A DNA stretch of 64,000 nt from an uncultured delta proteobacterium (GCA_963715335.1 CAVQRZ010000001.1:256001-320000), one strand, 5' to 3'; counted from the first letter of the stretch, positions 39,075 through 48,699 are shown. Numbers and translations: made by a program. Notes: a model not told the origin generated them from the letters alone.

Positions 39075-39635
39075 ATGCGGAGATGTTTTGTTTTCTTGAT
39101 CGTGCTGCTCTGGGCGGCCCCTGCTTCGACATCGGTCGATATCGAAGGTGTGAGTTTCGAACCGCGTCGTCAAGTCATGGATACAGAATTACAGCTGACC
39201 GGCACCGCTCTGTTAACCTGGGCCCTGTTCTTTGATGTCTATGTGGGTGGTTTTTATTTGCCGGACGGACAGGCCGCATCAAGCTGGACGGATGATGTTC
39301 CTAAACTTCTTGAAATAGCTTATCTGCGGAATTTTAAGGCCGAGGATTTCGCCAGCTCGTCGGATCAGCTTTTGCGCGAGAATTTGCCGCCCGAGAAGTA
39401 CTCGGCTCTGGTCGGGCGGTTGAACGACTTTTACCAGCTATTCCGCTATATCAAGAAAGGAGACCGCTACAGCCTGGTCTATCACCCGGCCATCGGCACC
39501 GAGCTGCGACTCAACGGTGAACCGCTCGGCAGTGTCCCTGGCCACGACTTTGCTGTCGCCTATTTCGGCCTCTGGCTCGGGCCAAATCCGATCGACGAAG
39601 CATTTCGTGACCGTCTGTTGCGTGAGGGCAGCTAA
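39075..39635 (+). CDS. Periplasmic chalcone isomerase-like protein
   Basis: Signal peptide; LQLTGTA, FFDVYVGGFY, FGLWLGPNP. Confidence 0.85.
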   Translation: MRRCFVFLIVLLWAAPASTSVDIEGVSFEPRRQVMDTELQLTGTALLTWALFFDVYVGGFYLPDGQAASSWTDDVPKLLEIAYLRNFKAEDFASSSDQLLRENLPPEKYSALVGRLNDFYQLFRYIKKGDRYSLVYHPAIGTELRLNGEPLGSVPGHDFAVAYFGLWLGPNPIDEAFRDRLLREGS

Positions 39636-39701
39636 TTTATTAGGCAAGGTTGCCTATTGTTGAATTTTTAACATGACTCTGAATCCAACGAACTCTATTT
39701 T

Positions 39702-40049
39702 TTAACACTCGCTTCCAGTTAAGTTTTTTTTAGGTTGATCCAGAGAAAAGAGCGGCTCGCTCAGGTGGGTGCTGCGGCAGACAGGGCAGCGTCCCGGCCG
39801 GGTGAGGCGTTCACGCTTGCGAAAGACAAATTCACAATCGAAGCAGGTCGCCGGTGTCAAAACCAGTCTCTGGCCACGGGTTTTCAGGGTTTTCTGCAGG
39901 AACTGCAAATGATCGAAGACTTCACGTTCGGAGAGACTGACCAGTTGTGAGAGCGATCTGGCAGACAGCGGCTCTGCGGAGAGGGCGTGTAACAGCCTTT
40001 CGCGGGGTGTCTGCCCATGCTCAGGCGGCGGGACTATCTCTTTCATCAT
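39702..40049 (-). CDS. HTH + Zn-ribbon predicted transcriptional regulator (COG3357-like)
   Basis: HTH (SARSLSQLV..SEREVFDHL), CFDC...RPGRCPVC. Confidence 0.8.
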   Translation of the reverse strand: MMKEIVPPPEHGQTPRERLLHALSAEPLSARSLSQLVSLSEREVFDHLQFLQKTLKTRGQRLVLTPATCFDCEFVFRKRERLTRPGRCPVCRSTHLSEPLFSLDQPKKNLTGSEC

Positions 40050-40068
40050 CTGGTAGCAGCCAACCGGA

Positions 40069-40512
40069 TCAGGCGTCACCCTTGATGTACTTTTTGAGCT
40101 GCTTGATGACAAAATCCTTTTCTTCCAGGGAAGCCTTGACCAGGTCGCCGATCGACACCAGGCCGACCAGTCGGTCTTTTTCCATGACCGGCAAATGTCG
40201 ACAGCGGTTTTCCGTCATGATCGCCATGGCCTCATCAACCGTCACTTCCGGGGTGACATAACAGATATCCTCCGACATGACCTGATGAACGAAGGCCCGG
40301 TGGGAACACCGGCCACTGAGATCAACTTTACGCACATGATCCCGCTCGGTAAAAACCCCGATCACCTGGCCCTGGTCCTTGTCCAGAACGACCAGGGCGC
40401 CGATGCCGGCGTCGGCCATCACCTTCAGGGCATCGTAAATCTTTGCGTCCGGGGCGATGCTGTAGACCTCCCGCCCTTTCAGTTTCAATATCTGTGCTAT
40501 CGATTTCGTCAT
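40069..40512 (-). CDS. CBS-pair domain protein
   Basis: IGALVV, GVFTERD, RHLPV, GLVSIGDLVK. Confidence 0.92.
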   Translation of the reverse strand: MTKSIAQILKLKGREVYSIAPDAKIYDALKVMADAGIGALVVLDKDQGQVIGVFTERDHVRKVDLSGRCSHRAFVHQVMSEDICYVTPEVTVDEAMAIMTENRCRHLPVMEKDRLVGLVSIGDLVKASLEEKDFVIKQLKKYIKGDA

Positions 40513-40619
40513 ACCGACTCCCTGTCGACCGATTGAATTGATTGGAGAAGTTTAGCAAAAAACCGGATAAGTTAAAGTTAAAACGTCATGAATTATCCGG
40601 AGCTCGAGGAATCCGCCTT

Positions 40620-41474
40620 TTACCCCGCCGTTACGACCCCGCCTCGGAGAAACCGGTCTTCCAGAATGATTTCAAATTCCGCCAGGGCAATTTCATCGAT
40701 ACCGAGAAATTGCGCTTCTCTGCTTGTCGGCAGGACCAGGTCCGGAGTCTTCTCGAGGCCCAGGCCAAGTTTGCGGCACCCTTTGTTCGCCAGACAGACC
40801 AGGGCGACGATCGTGTCCTGGGTCTCCCGTTCCTCGGCATGATGCTCCAAAACGACCGTCCTGTAGACCTCCGGCAGGCCCCATTTATCGAACAGACGCA
40901 GGCCCTGCTCGACATGCATCGTGGAGAGAACCTCCAAGACCAATGACTGGGAAAGTTCCATCTCCGGGGCACTGTCGCTGGCGACAGTTTGCATGGCCGC
41001 AAGCAGAACCAGCTTGCCGATATCGTGCAGCAGTCCGGCGCAATAGGCGTGACCGGCAATCGCCAGATAGCCGCAACGACTCGCCAGCCATCGGGCCCCG
41101 AGAGCACACCCCTGGGCATGTTGCCAGAGGCCGGGCATGTAGCGCAAAATCAACTCCTCCTTGATGGGGCCGGCGCTACTTTGACAGGCCTCTTCAACAA
41201 TCCGGACAGCCTTGTCGCAGCCCAGGCGGGTGACCGCTTCCTCAATCGACAAGGTTTTCGGCAACCCTGCATAAAAGGAAGAGTTGGCGGCACGAAACAA
41301 CCCGCAGAACAATGACGGATCGTCACCGACCAACGCCCAAAGCTGGCCAGGCTTGACATCCCCGGCTGCGAGACATTCCTTGACCTGCCCGGACAATCCT
41401 GGATGCACCGGCAGACGCACCCGGTCGGCATCGATCATTTCAGTGAGTATCTCTGCCAGCGGTCTATTGGCCAA
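40620..41474 (-). CDS. HDOD domain protein
   Basis: LPVHP, DP..., ANSSFY, EAVTRLG, AGLLHDIGK, W.LP...HH. Confidence 0.9.
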   Translation of the reverse strand: MANRPLAEILTEMIDADRVRLPVHPGLSGQVKECLAAGDVKPGQLWALVGDDPSLFCGLFRAANSSFYAGLPKTLSIEEAVTRLGCDKAVRIVEEACQSSAGPIKEELILRYMPGLWQHAQGCALGARWLASRCGYLAIAGHAYCAGLLHDIGKLVLLAAMQTVASDSAPEMELSQSLVLEVLSTMHVEQGLRLFDKWGLPEVYRTVVLEHHAEERETQDTIVALVCLANKGCRKLGLGLEKTPDLVLPTSREAQFLGIDEIALAEFEIILEDRFLRGGVVTAG

Positions 41475-41476
41475 AA

Positions 41477-43408
41477 CTATTCTCCAAGTAAACGCCGCAA
41501 CTCATGCAACGGGCGCGGCTTGACCGAGCGGGGCAGCCGGCGCAGAACCTCCGGCAGGGAAACCTTACCGAGAGCAGCCTTGGCAATCCCATCTTCAAGC
41601 AGGGTCACCAGACCCGAGGTTTCAATGCTGGTCCGGCGGATTTCCTGTACGGTCTTGCGCGCAAGGACCGCCTCCTTGACATCGTCATTCAGAATCAGAA
41701 GCTCAAAGATCCCGACCCGCCCGATGTAGCCGGTGAAACGGCAGGCTGAACAGCCATGGCCGATCTGCAGGTTGGCCCCTGCCAGATCCCCGTGGGTGTA
41801 ACCGAGGCGGCGGTATTCGTCGGGGGTCGGCGTATAGGGTGCGGCGCAACCCTGACAAAGCCTGCGCAGCAGACGTTGGGCAAGCATACAGGTCACCGTC
41901 GAAGCGATCAGGAAGGCCTCGATTCCCATGTTCAGCAGGCGCAACAGGCCACCGACGGTATCCTCGGTGTGAAAGGTCGTCAGCACCAGGTGTCCGGTCA
42001 AAGCCGCCTGAATAGCCGTCTCGGCGGAAAAATTATCCCGCACTTCGCCCATGACGATAATGTCAGGGTCCTGGCGAACGATATGACGCAACGTTTCGGT
42101 AAAGGTCAGGCCGATTTTTGGATTGATCGAGCACTGGGAAATGCCGTCGATCACATATTCGACGGGCTCCTCGGCCGTGATGATACTTGCCTCCAGGTCG
42201 TTGAGATGATTGACACAGCTGTACAGTGTGGTGGTTTTGCCTGCCCCGGTCGGACCGGTGACCACCATGATGCCGCTCGGCGAAGTGAGGCAGTCATCGC
42301 GAAACTTCTGCAGCATGCGCGGCGCCATGCCGATATCTTCGATGCCGAGCAGTTCACCCTTTTTGTTCACCAGCCGCAGCACAACCTTTTCGCCGTGGAC
42401 GGTGACATAAAAAGAGACCCGCAAGTCGAGAGACATCCCGGTGACTGCACTCTCGTAAAAGATGCGGCCATCCTGGTGACGGCGCCGCTCGGCGATATCG
42501 GCTTCCGCCATGACTTTCAGGCGGGTCGCGATCGGCGCTGCCAGCTCCAGGCCGATCTCCTTGTGAACACCGAGCACACCATCACGCCGAAAACGGATGC
42601 GCAGGCGGTCTTTCATCGGCTCGACGTGGATGTCGCTGACATTCTGTTGCATGGCCTCATCAAAAAGACTGTTGACGATACCGATGATCGTCGAATCGTC
42701 AGCCACTTCAGTCGCGCTGCGCCGGGCTCCACGGCGATGCAGCTCGATGACTTCACGGATGACCTGACGAGTCCCGATTGCCGGTATAATCTTGCGGCCG
42801 AAGATCCGGTCCGCTGCTTCATGGTCTTCCAGATCGAGAGGGTCGGCAAAGGCAATTACGATGTGATCGTTTTCCCTTGCCACCGGGATAAAAGAATGCC
42901 GGGAAAAAACCTTGGCCGGAACCCGGGCCAGCAGGTCGCGATCAATATCAGGGAAAGCCGGTTCAACAAAAGGATAACCGAGCTTCGTCGCCAGGATTTT
43001 CATCAGCCGGTGCTCGTCGATAAAACCGTATTCAACCAGCACACCACCGAGCTTTTGTGATTTGCTCTCCTGCTGTATGGACAAAGCGGCATTGAGTTCG
43101 TTCTGGCGGATATAGCCCAGTTCGACCAGCAAGTCGCCAAGCCGAATGCTCAGGCGCTGTTCTTTAAGGACCTGGTTGAGCTGACGGTTCGTCAGCAGAC
43201 GTAATTCCTGGAAGACTTCGATCAGGGACCGGTCGGAAACCAGCTTGGCTTTAACCCGTTTGGCGTAGCTCAGTTGGGTTTCGGTGATCAGGCCCCGCTC
43301 AACCAGCAGGCGGGCGACAGCATCACCGCCCGCGGAATGCGTGGACGGCTTGACTACCGGCAGCTGTTGCTGCGGGCCCCGTGCGACAAGGGGTATCGGT
43401 TCTGGCAT
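41477..43408 (-). CDS. GspE/PilB family ATPase with N-terminal MshEN motifs
   Basis: RLGDLLVELGYI...LSIQ MshEN; GPTGAGKTT, RQDPDIIVMGEVRD, GHLVLTTFH, CQGC/CSAC. Confidence 0.92.
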   Translation of the reverse strand: MPEPIPLVARGPQQQLPVVKPSTHSAGGDAVARLLVERGLITETQLSYAKRVKAKLVSDRSLIEVFQELRLLTNRQLNQVLKEQRLSIRLGDLLVELGYIRQNELNAALSIQQESKSQKLGGVLVEYGFIDEHRLMKILATKLGYPFVEPAFPDIDRDLLARVPAKVFSRHSFIPVARENDHIVIAFADPLDLEDHEAADRIFGRKIIPAIGTRQVIREVIELHRRGARRSATEVADDSTIIGIVNSLFDEAMQQNVSDIHVEPMKDRLRIRFRRDGVLGVHKEIGLELAAPIATRLKVMAEADIAERRRHQDGRIFYESAVTGMSLDLRVSFYVTVHGEKVVLRLVNKKGELLGIEDIGMAPRMLQKFRDDCLTSPSGIMVVTGPTGAGKTTTLYSCVNHLNDLEASIITAEEPVEYVIDGISQCSINPKIGLTFTETLRHIVRQDPDIIVMGEVRDNFSAETAIQAALTGHLVLTTFHTEDTVGGLLRLLNMGIEAFLIASTVTCMLAQRLLRRLCQGCAAPYTPTPDEYRRLGYTHGDLAGANLQIGHGCSACRFTGYIGRVGIFELLILNDDVKEAVLARKTVQEIRRTSIETSGLVTLLEDGIAKAALGKVSLPEVLRRLPRSVKPRPLHELRRLLGE

Positions 43409-43489
43409 GACATCAATCCATTACATAACATAATATTACAGGCTCAATCAGGATAACATATCTCTCCCCCGGCGCAACTCTTGGACAGG

Positions 43490-44245
43490 CTACGGCAGCA
43501 GAAGCCGCAAGGCAAACACCAGCACGGTGATGATCACAAAGCGCTTGATCCAGTCGTGACCTTTCTTCACCGCGTAATGCGTCGCGATCCAGCCCCCCAG
43601 GGAATTTCCGACCGCCAGGGACAGACCGAGGACATAATCGACCTGGCCGTGCGAAATGAACACGCCAAGAGCAACCGCGGTAAAAGCGAAAATCACCAGG
43701 ACTTTTACAGCGTTGATCCGTACCAGGTCGAGACCATGGACAAGCAGGGCGGTAATGATCAGGAAACCGACCCCGGCCTGAACGAATCCACCGTAGATAC
43801 CCACACCGAAAAAACTGACCATGAGGACGGCCGTACGCATCGGCGTCATCGGCTTTTCCTGGCTGTGGAAGCGCTTCATCGGATCGAAGACCATAAACAG
43901 CAGGACTCCGACCATGATCAGGGCGAGCAACCGGCGAAACAGCATCTCATCAACGCTAATGGCCAGGTTGGCGCCGAGGTAGCTGCCGAGCAGCGCCGGC
44001 GGCATGCAGAGCAGGGCCAGGCGGATCGGGAAGACCCCCTGACGTTTGAACCCGGTGATGGCAAAGATGTTCTGACAGAAAATTGCAATGCGATTGGTGC
44101 CGTTGGCCGTTGCAGCAGGCAGGCCGAAGAAGATCAGCAACGGCAGGGTCAGTAGCGATCCGCCACCGGCCAGGACATTGAGGAAACCCGCGACCACACC
44201 GACCAGCATCAACGCCGGGATTTGCCAGAAGTAAGGATCGATCAT
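43490..44245 (-). CDS. TauE/SafE sulfite exporter family protein
   Basis: AGGGSLLTLP, ANGTN, YGGFVQAGVG; about 8 TM. Confidence 0.9.
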   Translation of the reverse strand: MIDPYFWQIPALMLVGVVAGFLNVLAGGGSLLTLPLLIFFGLPAATANGTNRIAIFCQNIFAITGFKRQGVFPIRLALLCMPPALLGSYLGANLAISVDEMLFRRLLALIMVGVLLFMVFDPMKRFHSQEKPMTPMRTAVLMVSFFGVGIYGGFVQAGVGFLIITALLVHGLDLVRINAVKVLVIFAFTAVALGVFISHGQVDYVLGLSLAVGNSLGGWIATHYAVKKGHDWIKRFVIITVLVFALRLLLP

Positions 44246-44994
44246 GCTGATTTCGACTCCAGGAGGTCACGGAGGACCTCGCCGGCCATGGTCAGGCCGA
44301 ACAGCGGCGGGACGACTGAAGAGCTGCCAAGCGGTGCACGCTGAGTTTGGTAGTGGTCCGCAGCTTCTGCGACAGATCCCCGGCGACCATCCGTCAGGGG
44401 CCGGAATTCCTCTGTCGAGTAAACCGTCTTGACGCCGGCGCTGATGCCGCGTCGCCTCAGCTCCCGGCGAATGATCCTGGCCAGTCGGCAACTCTTGGTT
44501 TTCGCCAGGTCCGCAACGAGGACCCGCGTCGGGTCGAGCTTGTTGGCAGCGCCCATCGAGGAGATAATCGGTAACTTACCGACAACACAGGTTTCAATCA
44601 GGTGGAGCTTGGCCGTGATATGGTCGATGCAATCGAGGACGTAATCGTAGCCGCGCTGCAATAATTCTTCGGAATTGTCCTGGCTGTAGAACGCCTGCAG
44701 CGGCTCGACCTGAACCTCGGGATTGATCGCGCGACAGCGCTCGGCCATGACCAGGGCTTTCGGCTGACCGATCGTGCCGTTACAGGCATGCAGCTGCCGA
44801 TTGCAATTGGTGATGTCAACCCGGTCGAAATCGACCAGGGTCAGACGGCCGATGCCGCCCCGAACCAGCGCCTCAACGGCATAGCTGCCGACACCGCCCA
44901 GACCGAAGACGGCCACGGATTTGCCGGTCAGGCAGGCCAGACCGCCCTCGCCGTACAGCAGCTCCAGGCGGGCAAAGCGATGGGGTTGTGCCAT
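44242..44994 (-). CDS. tcdA: tRNA threonylcarbamoyladenosine dehydratase (ThiF family)
   Basis: GLGGVGS, DFD....NCNRQ, DCID, SMGAANKLDP, VYSTE. Confidence 0.88.
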   Translation of the reverse strand: MAQPHRFARLELLYGEGGLACLTGKSVAVFGLGGVGSYAVEALVRGGIGRLTLVDFDRVDITNCNRQLHACNGTIGQPKALVMAERCRAINPEVQVEPLQAFYSQDNSEELLQRGYDYVLDCIDHITAKLHLIETCVVGKLPIISSMGAANKLDPTRVLVADLAKTKSCRLARIIRRELRRRGISAGVKTVYSTEEFRPLTDGRRGSVAEAADHYQTQRAPLGSSSVVPPLFGLTMAGEVLRDLLESKSA

Positions 44995-45108
44995 GCGTTT
45001 CTCCTTGAAATCAGGTTGCAGCAAATCTAGCATGAAGCACACCGCGGAGGGAAGCGCGGGACGTGATGGGCAAAAGCTATCTGAAGCTTCAATTAAACGA
45101 CTTCACCC

Positions 45109-45870
45109 TCAGGCAAGCTTCAACACTCGCCTGGCATTTTCCGTCGTCACGCGGACTGTCTCCTCAACACTCCAGTTGCGCAGTTCCGCGACCTTCTCTA
45201 CAACCAGAACCAGGTATGCCGGCCGGTTCGATTCGGCACGGTGCGGTTCGGGCGTCATGTAGGGTGCGTCAGTCTCGAGCACCAGGGCTGCTGCGGGCAG
45301 CGCCCGGACGACCTCCGGCAGTCGTCGGGCCCCCGGCCAGGTCACCACGCCGCCGATCCCGAGCACAAATCCGGCATCGATGATTCTGTGAGCCGTCTCA
45401 ACACTGCCAGAGAAAGCGTGAAAAACGCCGCCGACTTGCGCAGCATCTTCACGCCGCAGTAGTTCCAGGATCCGGCCAATACTTTTGCGGGCATGGATCA
45501 GGAGAGGCTTGTCCGTCTCCCTGGCCAGACGGATCATTTCGACAAACACTTCCTCCTGCACCAGCCACGGCACGCCAGCTTGTCGGTCAAGCCCGACCTC
45601 GCCAACAGCAACCGCCCGAGGATGGGCCAGCAGGTGCCGCAGTTCCACGGTGCTTTCCGGTCGATACCGGTCCGCTGACATCGGGTGGATTCCCGGTGCA
45701 GCATAAACGCCGGGATGGCCCTCGGCGAGGGCCATTATTTTCGCCCAGCCATCCGGTGAGACTCCCGGCACGACCCAGCCGTCAATGCCGGCGGTCCGGG
45801 CGTCAGCCAGGGCCCGGTTCAAGTCGTCGAAAGCATCAAGGTGAAGGTGAGTATCAAAGGCCTTGATCAT
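45109..45870 (-). CDS. tatD: TatD family nuclease
   Basis: DTHLH, GIHP, GEVGLD, IHAR, HAFSG, ETDAPY. Confidence 0.92.
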   Translation of the reverse strand: MIKAFDTHLHLDAFDDLNRALADARTAGIDGWVVPGVSPDGWAKIMALAEGHPGVYAAPGIHPMSADRYRPESTVELRHLLAHPRAVAVGEVGLDRQAGVPWLVQEEVFVEMIRLARETDKPLLIHARKSIGRILELLRREDAAQVGGVFHAFSGSVETAHRIIDAGFVLGIGGVVTWPGARRLPEVVRALPAAALVLETDAPYMTPEPHRAESNRPAYLVLVVEKVAELRNWSVEETVRVTTENARRVLKLA

Positions 45871-45986
45871 GATCTGCGGATCGTATCACAAGCTTCAGCA
45901 GGCGGACAATCTCAGTAATTTGCTTGTCGGTTCCGATTCGCATATGATAATCGTGATTGGCATTGACTCCCTTTAACGAGGTCTGT

Positions 45987-47819
45987 ATGCAGACGCCTGC
46001 ACCAGGCAGCACCACATATCTCCGCAAACTCTTTGTCTTCAACCACGGAGCAGGCCTGCTTGTCGGCGGTGGCTTTCCCTTTGTCACCTACATGATGCTG
46101 GGCGACGCCGCGCTCACCCCCAGATTTTTCCTGGTCTGCCTGTTTTCCGGATTCTGCCTCGGCGCCGCATCCTACTGGTTTGTCAGGCAGACCTTGAAAA
46201 ACCAGCTGCAACAGCAGCTCCAGGCGCTGCATGGATTGATCGGAGAAACAACCACCGTCGGGTCCGGCCAGACCGTTGAAGGACTGTTCGTCGCCGTCGG
46301 CAGTACCGTGCGCAAGGTCAGCGAGCTCATCAGCCGCCTCCAGGAAACCGTCGATGAATTCGTTCCGCATTACCAGACCCTTGCCGACGCCAGCCGTTAC
46401 CTTTCGGCCCGCGCCGAGGACGGTTTGCAGGCGGGGAAAAGTGCCAGGGCCGACGTTGAAGGCATGTACCAGAAACAACAGACGGTGATCAGCCAGATTG
46501 AAACGCTGAACAGCCGTTCTCAAGACGAAGCGGCCCTGTCCCGGGAGCTCTCCGCGTCCCTGGAAGAGATGGCCGGCGCACTGGAACATTCCTCGCAGAA
46601 GTTCCTCGAAACAACCCGCGATGTCGATGAGATGGTCAGCTCCATTCAGAACGCCACCAGCCAGGCGGAACAGGTGGCCGATATCACGGAGAGCACGGCC
46701 CGCGATATAGACCAGATCGGTGAAGCCCTCGATCGCCTGAGGTCTGGCGTCGCCAACAATGCCGATAATTCTGCGGCCGTCAAACTGGATGCCGAGCAGG
46801 GCGTCAAGGTGGTCCAAACCTTCACTTCTGAAATGGACCGCATCGACCAGGAGAGCCAGAAGGCGATCGCCGCCATGCAGCGCCTGACCCGCCAGACCGC
46901 AGAAGTGACCAAGATCATCGAAGTGATCAAGGACCTGGTCTCCGACACCGAGCTGCTTGCCTTCAATGCGGCGATTATTGCCGCCAAGGCCGGAGAGGAA
47001 GGCCGCGGCTTTTCCGTGGTTGCCGAAGAGATTCGTGACCTGGCCGATCGCACGACCACCAGTGCCGATGAAATCGAAAGCATCATCAAATCGATCCGCA
47101 AAGATACCGAGCAGGTGAATACCACGGTCGAATCGACCGCCCACTTCATCGGCCGCGGCAAGGAGTTGTCGCAATCGACGGCAGATGCGCTGGGTAAAAT
47201 CGTTGACAGTTCCAGCCAGGCAGCCGCGGATTCCCATGCGCTTTCAAAACAGACCGCCGAGCAGGGCCTGCGCGCCCGCAGCGTGATTGATCAGGCTGGC
47301 AACAGCCTGCGTTCAGTCAAGGCGATTGTGAATACTCTCGAAAAGCAGAATGCCGCGATCAGCCGCATTGATCACGGGGTTGATGAAATGAAGTCGGCCG
47401 CCGACCAGATCGCCCGGAGCTTTGATGAACAAGTCAAGGCAAACCGGGAGTTCGACCGCAGCCTGACTGCCCGCGAGGAACAGGTCGAGGCGATCTTCGA
47501 GGCGACCCGTTACCAGATGGAGGCCGTAGAAAAAATCTTCAACCATTTCGGCCGTTCGGCAGAACGCCTGATCGCCAATGCCGGCAAGGCGCGCGTCATC
47601 ATTGATGAAATCAATGCCCTCGAGTCCCTCGCCGAACAGCTGCGCGAGCTCGCATCACGTTTTCAGGGCGACCCTGTGACAGTCGGGAACGCCGCAAAAA
47701 CGACCATTGTTGGGGGAAAACCGGAGGCCGTGGCTCGGGTAGAAGGTGCAGCGATTAATGATTTTGAGGTTGGTCAACCAACAAAGAAACAAAAGACAGA
47801 AAGTCCCACGACGTTCTGA
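45987..47819 (+). CDS. Methyl-accepting chemotaxis protein with long cytoplasmic coiled coil; start uncertain
   Basis: Two N-terminal TM; TELLAFNAAIIAAKAGEEGRGFSVVAEEIRDLA. Confidence 0.88.
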   Translation: MQTPAPGSTTYLRKLFVFNHGAGLLVGGGFPFVTYMMLGDAALTPRFFLVCLFSGFCLGAASYWFVRQTLKNQLQQQLQALHGLIGETTTVGSGQTVEGLFVAVGSTVRKVSELISRLQETVDEFVPHYQTLADASRYLSARAEDGLQAGKSARADVEGMYQKQQTVISQIETLNSRSQDEAALSRELSASLEEMAGALEHSSQKFLETTRDVDEMVSSIQNATSQAEQVADITESTARDIDQIGEALDRLRSGVANNADNSAAVKLDAEQGVKVVQTFTSEMDRIDQESQKAIAAMQRLTRQTAEVTKIIEVIKDLVSDTELLAFNAAIIAAKAGEEGRGFSVVAEEIRDLADRTTTSADEIESIIKSIRKDTEQVNTTVESTAHFIGRGKELSQSTADALGKIVDSSSQAAADSHALSKQTAEQGLRARSVIDQAGNSLRSVKAIVNTLEKQNAAISRIDHGVDEMKSAADQIARSFDEQVKANREFDRSLTAREEQVEAIFEATRYQMEAVEKIFNHFGRSAERLIANAGKARVIIDEINALESLAEQLRELASRFQGDPVTVGNAAKTTIVGGKPEAVARVEGAAINDFEVGQPTKKQKTESPTTF

Positions 47820-47910
47820 TCTTCAACAAACGTAAGGTGGCGCCATAACGTTGTGTCACCTTCATTCAGCAACCCGTAAAATTATTTCTTGGACCTCTAA
47901 CTGAGCTTGA

Positions 47911-48473
47911 GTAGCAAGCTCAGGAGGACACTTTATTGCGCATATTAATGATGACAGTCTCTGGATGCCTGACCACCTAGATATTATTTGGCGATGTGCA
48001 AAGGATATTGATTTTGGTCATACTTTGCTTTTGGAAGTCAGGAAAGACGAGAGTATTCATTCGAGCCGACATTATCTCTCAGATCATTTGTTTAGGCAGA
48101 AAATGTTAAACAAAATGCGTAATAACATAACTTATGTAACAGTTTTTATACTCGGGAGGCCTACGAGGCACTACCAGAAAAATGGTCTCCAGCGCCTGAG
48201 GACATACCAACGGACCTTTACATGTGGAGAAAGTTTTTAAGAGAAAATCTACGCTTTGGAACCATCTACACCAGTTCGACAGTTTTTTTCAACTATCCGA
48301 AAAATTTTTCCGATAACGAATCCGTCAAGCGCATAGAGCAATCGTTACAACGAATACAGAACCCCCTGGAATACACATTACTTAGAGAACAAATCTTGCA
48401 TTATCATTCTGATGCTAACATAAAAAAGAAAGTGAGAATCCAACGTTTTAAAAGTTGGTTAAGGCTGACATGA
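47911..48473 (+). pseudogene. Glycosyltransferase family 2 remnant (5'-truncated, frameshifted)
   Basis: GGHFIAHINDDSLWMPDHL resembles the GT2 DxD strand; in-frame stop at 47908; continues in another frame after ~48126-48147 (YTREAYEALPEKWSPAP..PTDLYMWRKFL). Confidence 0.55.
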
Positions 48474-48662
48474 AGGTCTCTGCCACTAATTCGATTTCAC
48501 CAGTGGACTCAAACAATAACTAAAAATCTCCCCTTTGCAGGGGGTGCTTTTTTATAAGTCACGCCCCAGGAACACGAAAACAGGTGTGTCAGGACCGAGC
48601 TCTTGACACATTTACCAACCAGCCCACTTTCATTCTTTTCTTCTTGAATAAACACCTCACCA

Positions 48663-48682
48663 TGTCATACAATGTATTACAA
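48663..48682. promoter_or_regulatory. Putative TA autoregulatory operator
   Basis: TGTCATACAATGTATTACAA tandem TGT..TACA boxes just upstream of the antitoxin RBS. Confidence 0.45.
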
Positions 48683-48699
48683 TATTAATGGAGGCCCTT

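Noticed and set aside
45912..47237. Long antisense ORFs (also 10357-11397, 22166-23410, 41756-43060, 55561-56679)
   Set aside because: Shadow frames of well-supported genes in GC-rich DNA, without recognisable motifs
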